The notes beneath the pieces are model-generated. The model worked only from the letters and a program-made list of their open reading frames with translations. It ran no database searches and was not told where the DNA came from. A stretch of DNA of 64,000 nt, taken from Trueperaceae bacterium. Its GTDB lineage: Bacteria > Deinococcota > Deinococci > Deinococcales > Trueperaceae. The stretch lies in the NCBI GenBank assembly GCA_965215565.1, contig CBDCDZ010000004.1, forward strand, positions 1,536,001 to 1,600,000. The letters run 5' to 3'. Position 1 is the first letter of the stretch, and every line of letters begins with the position of its first letter. This document shows, in pieces, positions 58,555 through 64,000 of this stretch. The position numbers and the translations under genes were made by a program.

Positions 58555-61211
58555 TGGCTGTTTTGTCCATTGGTGATAAGCGCTTGGGCGCGGTTCTCTT
58601 AGACCGGGGCTACGTCAGCGACGACAACTTGCAAGACGCCATCGGCAAACACGCCGAAGTCGGCGGGCGGCTCTCCGACATTTTAGTCAACATCGGCGTG
58701 ATTTCGGAGCAGCGTATCGCGCGGGCGATCGAGGAAGCCATCGGCATCCCGCTCGTGGCGCTCCCTCGCATCGATATCTCGGCGGACGCTTTGGCAAAAG
58801 TCCCCGCCGACTTAGCGCTGGAGATGGGCGCGCTCCCCTTCGGTTTGGAGGGCAACCGCTTGCGCGTCGCCTTCGCTGACCCCTTAGACGCCTTGTCCAT
58901 CGAAGAGATCGAGGACGAGTCGGACTGCATCGTCGAGCCTTACAAGGCGCTCAGCAAGGAACTCGAGTGGGCCTTGGCGACGCACTATCCCGAACTCGGA
59001 CTCACGCCCCCCGCCGACATGGGCAGCGACCCTGGGCAGCGCATGGGCAATTTGGCGCTCGAGCAGGGGCTCATCACCGAAGACCAGCTCAAAGAAGCGA
59101 ACGAGAAGCAGACTCGTACAGGCGGCCTTTTGGGGCGCATTTTAGTCGAGATGGGCGCACTGAGCGAGCCTCTGTTGGCGCAGCTTTTAGCCCAGCAAGC
59201 GGGCATTCCTTACGCAGAAAATTTGGACGACGCCGAAGTCAGCGAGAAGCTCTCGTCTTACCTCTTGCGCTTAGACGCGCTCCAATTCAACGCTGTTCCG
59301 TACAAAGATGAGGGTGATCACCTCGTCGTCGCGCTCGCTGACCCGCGCAAGATTTCTGAGATCGAAGCGATTATTCAAAAGCCGCTCCAGTTCATCTGCG
59401 CCCCGCAAACCGAGGTGCAAAATCTCATCGACTTGCTCTACGCAGGCGACAAGGGGCGTTTGGGCGAGACTCTCCTGCAAAACAACAAGATCAAGCGCGA
59501 GCAACTTCGCAAGGCACTAGAGGAGCAGAACAAGCTCGGGCGCGTCAAGCCGCTCGGTGAAATCCTGACCGACTTGGGCTACGTCAATCAGGACGACGTG
59601 GACACGGCGCTGAGCCGTCAACGTGCGGGCGGCGGACGCTTAGAAGACACGCTCGTCCAGTCCGGCAAGATCAGCCCGGAGATGCTCGCGCGCAGCTTGG
59701 CGATGCAGCTCGGCTACGAGTTCGTCGAGGAGAATAACGTCCAGGTGGACCCCTACGCGGTTACGCTCGTTCCTGAGGGTACCATCCGGCGCTACACCGT
59801 GATGCCGATTTCGGTCAGTGGCAACACGCTAACTGTCGCCATGAAAGACCCGCGCCACGTCTTCGCGCTAGACGACATCAAGCTGATTACGGGCAAGGAG
59901 ATTCAGCCCGCCGTCGCCACCGAAGAGACGCTAACCGCGCTCATCAACCGCTTCTACCGGGGCGGCGACGACATGGACGAACTCGCCAAGGCGGTCATGG
60001 AAGAGGTTGGCTCGCAGCAAGACGTTGAAGAGTCGGACAGCGGCATCGACGACAACGCGCTCGTCAAGGTGGTGAACAACATCATCCGCGAGTCGGTCCT
60101 AAACGATATTTCGGACATCCACATCGAGCCGCGCCCGACGGAGGTCATCATCCGTGTGCGCAAAGACGGCTCGCTGCGCGAGTACATGACTATGCCCAAA
60201 GCCACCGCGGGCGCGATGGCGGCGCGCATCAAGATTATGGGCGGGCTCAATATCGCCGAGCGGCGCGTACCCCAAGACGGGCGCGTCCGCTTCAAGGATA
60301 AGACGATGGAGGTTGACCTCCGTCTGTCCACACTGCCCACCGTTTACGGCGAGAAATCCGTCATGCGTATCCTCAAAAAAGCCTCCTCAATTCCTGAGAT
60401 CGAGCAGTTGGGCTTCGCGGAGTACAACTTCACGCGCTTTAGCGACGTGATTCAGAAACCCTATGGGATTTTCCTCATCACCGGACCCACCGGTTCAGGT
60501 AAGTCGTTCTCGACCTTCTCCATTTTGAAGCGTGTCGCGGTTCCCGAAGTGAACGTCACGACAGTCGAAGACCCGGTGGAATATGAAATCCCTGGGATCA
60601 ACCAGACGCAGGTGAATAACAAAGCGGGGCTCACCTTCGCCTCAGCGCTCCGCTCCTTCTTGCGTCAAGACCCGGACATCATCATGATCGGTGAGATTCG
60701 CGACACGGAAACGGCGAAGATCGCAGTTGAGGCGGCCTTAACAGGTCACTTGGTCATCGCCACCTTGCACACGAACGACGCGGCTGGCGCGGTGACAAGA
60801 CTTGAAGAGATGGGCGTCGAACCCTTCAACATCTCCGCGTCCCTTCTCGGCGTGTTGGCGCAGCGCCTGGTGCGCAAAGTCTGTAAAGACTGCCGCGTCG
60901 AGTACACGCCCGACCCCGAGATTCTGCGGCGCATGGGGCTCTCTGAAAATGAGATTAAAGGGCAGACGCTCTACCGGGGCGTCGGCTGCGAGAAGTGCAG
61001 CGGTAGCGGCTATAACGGACGCGCCGCCATCCACGAACTCCTGACGGTGGAAGACGAAATCGAAGCGGCCATCGTGCAGGGCAAGTCGTCCTCAGAAATC
61101 AAAGATGTCGCCGTGGACATCGGGATGAAGACCTTGCGCGACGACGGCGTATTCAAGGCGTTTCAGGGAATTACGACACTCGAGGAAGTCCTAGCCCGCA
61201 CCACAGACTAG
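58554..61211 (+). CDS. pilB: Type IV pilus assembly ATPase with repeated RLGxxL (MshEN-like) domains
   Basis: SDIHIEP, ERRVPQDGR, GPTGSGKS, LRQDPD, TGHLV..TLHTN, CxxC zinc motifs. Confidence 0.95.
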   Translation: MAVLSIGDKRLGAVLLDRGYVSDDNLQDAIGKHAEVGGRLSDILVNIGVISEQRIARAIEEAIGIPLVALPRIDISADALAKVPADLALEMGALPFGLEGNRLRVAFADPLDALSIEEIEDESDCIVEPYKALSKELEWALATHYPELGLTPPADMGSDPGQRMGNLALEQGLITEDQLKEANEKQTRTGGLLGRILVEMGALSEPLLAQLLAQQAGIPYAENLDDAEVSEKLSSYLLRLDALQFNAVPYKDEGDHLVVALADPRKISEIEAIIQKPLQFICAPQTEVQNLIDLLYAGDKGRLGETLLQNNKIKREQLRKALEEQNKLGRVKPLGEILTDLGYVNQDDVDTALSRQRAGGGRLEDTLVQSGKISPEMLARSLAMQLGYEFVEENNVQVDPYAVTLVPEGTIRRYTVMPISVSGNTLTVAMKDPRHVFALDDIKLITGKEIQPAVATEETLTALINRFYRGGDDMDELAKAVMEEVGSQQDVEESDSGIDDNALVKVVNNIIRESVLNDISDIHIEPRPTEVIIRVRKDGSLREYMTMPKATAGAMAARIKIMGGLNIAERRVPQDGRVRFKDKTMEVDLRLSTLPTVYGEKSVMRILKKASSIPEIEQLGFAEYNFTRFSDVIQKPYGIFLITGPTGSGKSFSTFSILKRVAVPEVNVTTVEDPVEYEIPGINQTQVNNKAGLTFASALRSFLRQDPDIIMIGEIRDTETAKIAVEAALTGHLVIATLHTNDAAGAVTRLEEMGVEPFNISASLLGVLAQRLVRKVCKDCRVEYTPDPEILRRMGLSENEIKGQTLYRGVGCEKCSGSGYNGRAAIHELLTVEDEIEAAIVQGKSSSEIKDVAVDIGMKTLRDDGVFKAFQGITTLEEVLARTTD

Positions 61212-61443
61212 GCGGTGGTCCACGTTTTGCGCACGGCGTTGCATGAAGCCTGTGAAAACAGCAAGCGAACACCTACGGCGGCGCAAAATGGGACACCTTA
61301 CAAATTCACCGACGAAATCACGTTGATTAGCGTCACATGGGGAAAAAGAGCCGCAGGTATCATCCCCGAGCGTGCATCGCGAACAGCGCTAAATTACAGT
61401 GAGGGTTTCTCAAACCAGATGATACCTGCTAAAGGACGGAACT

Positions 61444-62640
61444 ATGGCAGACCAACTTAAAAGTACCCAAATCCAAGCCGACATCGTCGACCTCTTGCGC
61501 TTGTCGATGGACCGGGGCGCGTCGGACTTGATTCTTACGAACGGGCTCCCGCCGATGCTCCGGCTCGACGGCGAGTGGCAGCCTACCGAATACGACCCTT
61601 TGGACCCCAACATGACGCGCCGCCTGATGTACTCGATGATGGACGAGAAAAAGCAGCGCAACTTCGAAGAGAACCGCGAGTTGGACTTCTCCTTTGCGCT
61701 TTCGGGTGCCGGGCGTTTCCGCGTCAACGTCTTTTTTCAGCGCGGCGCGGTTGGCGGCGTCTTGCGGATGATCTCCGAGGAGATTCTCAGCTTTGAATTT
61801 ATGGGCTTGCCGCAAGTGGTCGCGGACGTCGCCAAGCAGCCGCGCGGCTTGGTTCTGGTGACGGGTCCGACGGGCTCGGGTAAGTCCACCACCTTGGCGG
61901 CGATGATCGACAAGATCAACACCGATTTCGCCAAGCACATCGTCACCATCGAAGACCCCGTCGAGTTTTTCCACACCCATAAACGCTCGGTGGTCAATCA
62001 GCGCGAAATTGGCGAGGACACCAAAGGCTTCGACAAGGCGCTCAAGTCGGTTTTGCGCCAAGCGCCCGACGTGATTTTGGTGGGTGAGATGCGCGACCAC
62101 GAGACGATCGGCGCGGCTGTAACCGCCGCCGAAACGGGTCACTTGGTGATGGGCACCTTGCACACCAACTCCGCGCCCGAAGCCGTCGACCGCATCATCG
62201 ACGTCTTCCCCGAAGCGCAGCAAGAGCAGGTGCGCGTGCAGCTTGCGAACAACTTGCAAGCCATCCTGACGCAGCAACTCGTCCCCAAACAGGGCGGCGG
62301 GCGCGCCCTCGCGTATGAGTTTATGATCGGCACGCCCGCCATTCGCAACCTCATCCGCGAGGGGAAAACGCACCAGATTCTCTCCGCGATCCAGATGGGT
62401 GGACGCGAGGGTATGATCACGATGGACGCCTGCCTAGCTGAGATGCACCTCAGCCGCAAGATTTCTTATGACGTGGGTCTTTCGCGCTCGGTTGACTCCA
62501 AAGAGTTCGCCCGTTTAGTCGAGTCGGGCGGCGCGGGTGGCGGCGCAAGTAGCGGCTCGAGCGCCCAAGCACAGCCGACACGTCCAGAAGCAGAACCCTC
62601 AGGCTCTATGTCGTTTGGACGAGGTGGGCGCAACGGTTAG
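61444..62640 (+). CDS. pilT: Twitching motility retraction ATPase
   Basis: GPTGSGKSTTLA, AAETGHLV, AIRNLIRE. Confidence 0.96.
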   Translation: MADQLKSTQIQADIVDLLRLSMDRGASDLILTNGLPPMLRLDGEWQPTEYDPLDPNMTRRLMYSMMDEKKQRNFEENRELDFSFALSGAGRFRVNVFFQRGAVGGVLRMISEEILSFEFMGLPQVVADVAKQPRGLVLVTGPTGSGKSTTLAAMIDKINTDFAKHIVTIEDPVEFFHTHKRSVVNQREIGEDTKGFDKALKSVLRQAPDVILVGEMRDHETIGAAVTAAETGHLVMGTLHTNSAPEAVDRIIDVFPEAQQEQVRVQLANNLQAILTQQLVPKQGGGRALAYEFMIGTPAIRNLIREGKTHQILSAIQMGGREGMITMDACLAEMHLSRKISYDVGLSRSVDSKEFARLVESGGAGGGASSGSSAQAQPTRPEAEPSGSMSFGRGGRNG

Positions 62641-62707
62641 GGTTTTTCTGTTTTGAGTTTTTTGAAGAGGTCTCGAGCTTAACTCGAGACCTCTTCCATT
62701 TTGCCTA

Positions 62708-62896
62708 CTACCGATATTTCTTCAAAAGGTACGCTTTGTAGTCCTTCTCGTCTACATCAGCGTTCTTGAGAAGGCCGTAGAGGGCTCGAGTCATTGGTGG
62801 AAGCTCGCGGACCTCTTCTAAAGGTTGCTCTTTAGCTGGCTTTGGATGTGGCTCGAGATGCTTATCAGTCGCAGGTTTTGACGGTTTTTCGCTCAT
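62708..62896 (-). CDS. Small hypothetical protein
   Basis: GGAG SD; C-terminus DEKDYKAYLLKKYR. Confidence 0.5.
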   Translation of the reverse strand: MSEKPSKPATDKHLEPHPKPAKEQPLEEVRELPPMTRALYGLLKNADVDEKDYKAYLLKKYR

Positions 62897-62996
62897 GAAT
62901 CTCCAAAAGTAACTTTGGCGGAGGCTCAGGTATTCAGAGTTGGTAACAAAGGAAGCTCGAGCCCGAACGTTTAGAGGTTAGGCTCGAGCCAAAATT

Positions 62997-63938
62997 CTAA
63001 GCCTCTACCCCCGCCTTCTCCATCGCCTCCACCATCGCCGAGCCCATATCCGTAGGCGTCGGCGCAACGACTACGCCCGCATCTTCTAAAGCAGCAATCT
63101 TATCCTCAGCCGTCCCTTTCCCCCCGGAAATAATCGCCCCCGCGTGCCCCATGCGCTTCCCTGGCGGCGCAGTCGTTCCGGCGATAAAACCCGCGACGGG
63201 TTTGGTCATGTTGTCCTTGACCCACGCCGCCGCTTCCTCTTCCGCCGTCCCGCCGATTTCGCCGATCATGATGACCCCTTCGGTCTCGGGGTCCTCGTTG
63301 AAGAGCTTCAAAACGTCCAAGAAGTTCGTGCCGTTCACGGGGTCCCCGCCGATGCCGACGGCGGTGGTCTGCCCAAGCCCATTGTTCGTAAGCTGATGCA
63401 CCGCTTCGTACGTCAACGTCCCGGAACGGCTCACCACACCGATTTTGCCACCCTTATGGATGTAGCCGGGCATGATGCCAATTTTGCACTCATGGGGCGT
63501 GATGACGCCGGGGCAGTTCGGACCGACGAGGCGCGAAGGTCTGCCTTCCATATAGCGCCGCGCTTTAACCATGTCCTCAATCGGGATGCCTTCGGTGATG
63601 GTGATAATGAGCGTAATGTCGGCGCTCGCCGCTTCCATAATGGCGTCGGCGGCAAAAGCAGGCGGTACATAAATCACCGAAGCGTTTGCGCCCGTTTTTG
63701 CAACGGCTTCTCTCACGGTGTTGAAGCTAGGAACGTCCACGCTGTAGGTATCGTTACGTCCAGGTACGCCGCTATGGTCCGTCTCACCCTCGAAGTGAAC
63801 GGTCTGCCCGCCTTTGCCGGGGCGAACTGCGCCGACGATTTGTGTACCGTAAGCGATCGCTTTATCCGTATGAAACTTGCCCGCGTCACCGAGTCCTTGT
63901 ACGATGACCTTCGTATTTTTATCGACTAAAATGCTCAC
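62997..63938 (-). CDS. sucD: Succinyl-CoA synthetase alpha subunit
   Basis: [21 protein letters not shown]. Confidence 0.97.
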   Translation of the reverse strand: MSILVDKNTKVIVQGLGDAGKFHTDKAIAYGTQIVGAVRPGKGGQTVHFEGETDHSGVPGRNDTYSVDVPSFNTVREAVAKTGANASVIYVPPAFAADAIMEAASADITLIITITEGIPIEDMVKARRYMEGRPSRLVGPNCPGVITPHECKIGIMPGYIHKGGKIGVVSRSGTLTYEAVHQLTNNGLGQTTAVGIGGDPVNGTNFLDVLKLFNEDPETEGVIMIGEIGGTAEEEAAAWVKDNMTKPVAGFIAGTTAPPGKRMGHAGAIISGGKGTAEDKIAALEDAGVVVAPTPTDMGSAMVEAMEKAGVEA

Positions 63939-64000
63939 TGCGCCAACTCCACAATTTTGCGTGCGCCGTCCTTCATGTCGTCGGCGCTGACCACACCTTC
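63935..64000 (-). CDS. sucC: Succinyl-CoA synthetase beta subunit, C-terminal end only
   Basis: [21 protein letters not shown], stop overlapping the sucD start. Confidence 0.75.
   Translation of the reverse strand, partial: EGVVSADDMKDGARKIVELAQ

Noticed and set aside
62708..62896. Toxin-antitoxin module
   Set aside because: The ORF is vaguely antitoxin-like but has no adjacent toxin gene.
4951..63929. Many long antisense or alternate-frame ORFs (e.g. 9476-10246, 31870-32412, 43614-44216, 57627-58535, 61429-62373, 63144-63929)
   Set aside because: They shadow well-identified genes in GC-rich DNA and show no motifs of their own.

Overview
Bacterial chromosome segment, most likely Deinococcota (Truepera-like). 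This is inferred from gene content and from frequent TANNNT -10 boxes a few nt before start codons. The main discovery is a Tn7-like CRISPR-associated transposon built on a type I-E Cascade (about 12.9-22.0 kb). One tightly overlapping operon runs tnsA-tnsB-tnsC-cas8e(fused to cas11/cse2)-cas7e-cas5e-cas6e, with no cas3, cas1 or cas2. It is followed by a repeat-spacer-atypical repeat mini-array, a convergent tniQ, and a transposon end (two 18-bp repeats plus terminal ...TGACA at 22017). The single spacer matches the catalytic GLDPGLANLG codons of the host ruvC gene (24/33 nt, AGG PAM), with 35 bp between the target and the transposon end, so it looks like a homing spacer for an attachment site at ruvC. 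The element appears to be decaying: IS1 in tnsB, a nonsense codon in cas8e, and frameshifts in the upstream type I R-M genes that may be cargo. The other transposon end was not found in the window. The rest is mostly housekeeping (ruvC, hpt, rplM-rpsI, uppP, gltX, ftsY, mqnB, gcvTHP, crtI, khtTU, pilB-pilT, sucCD). It also holds an unannotated secreted 38-aa peptide gene next to a helical-repeat/wHTH regulator, and a single-chain R-M enzyme.
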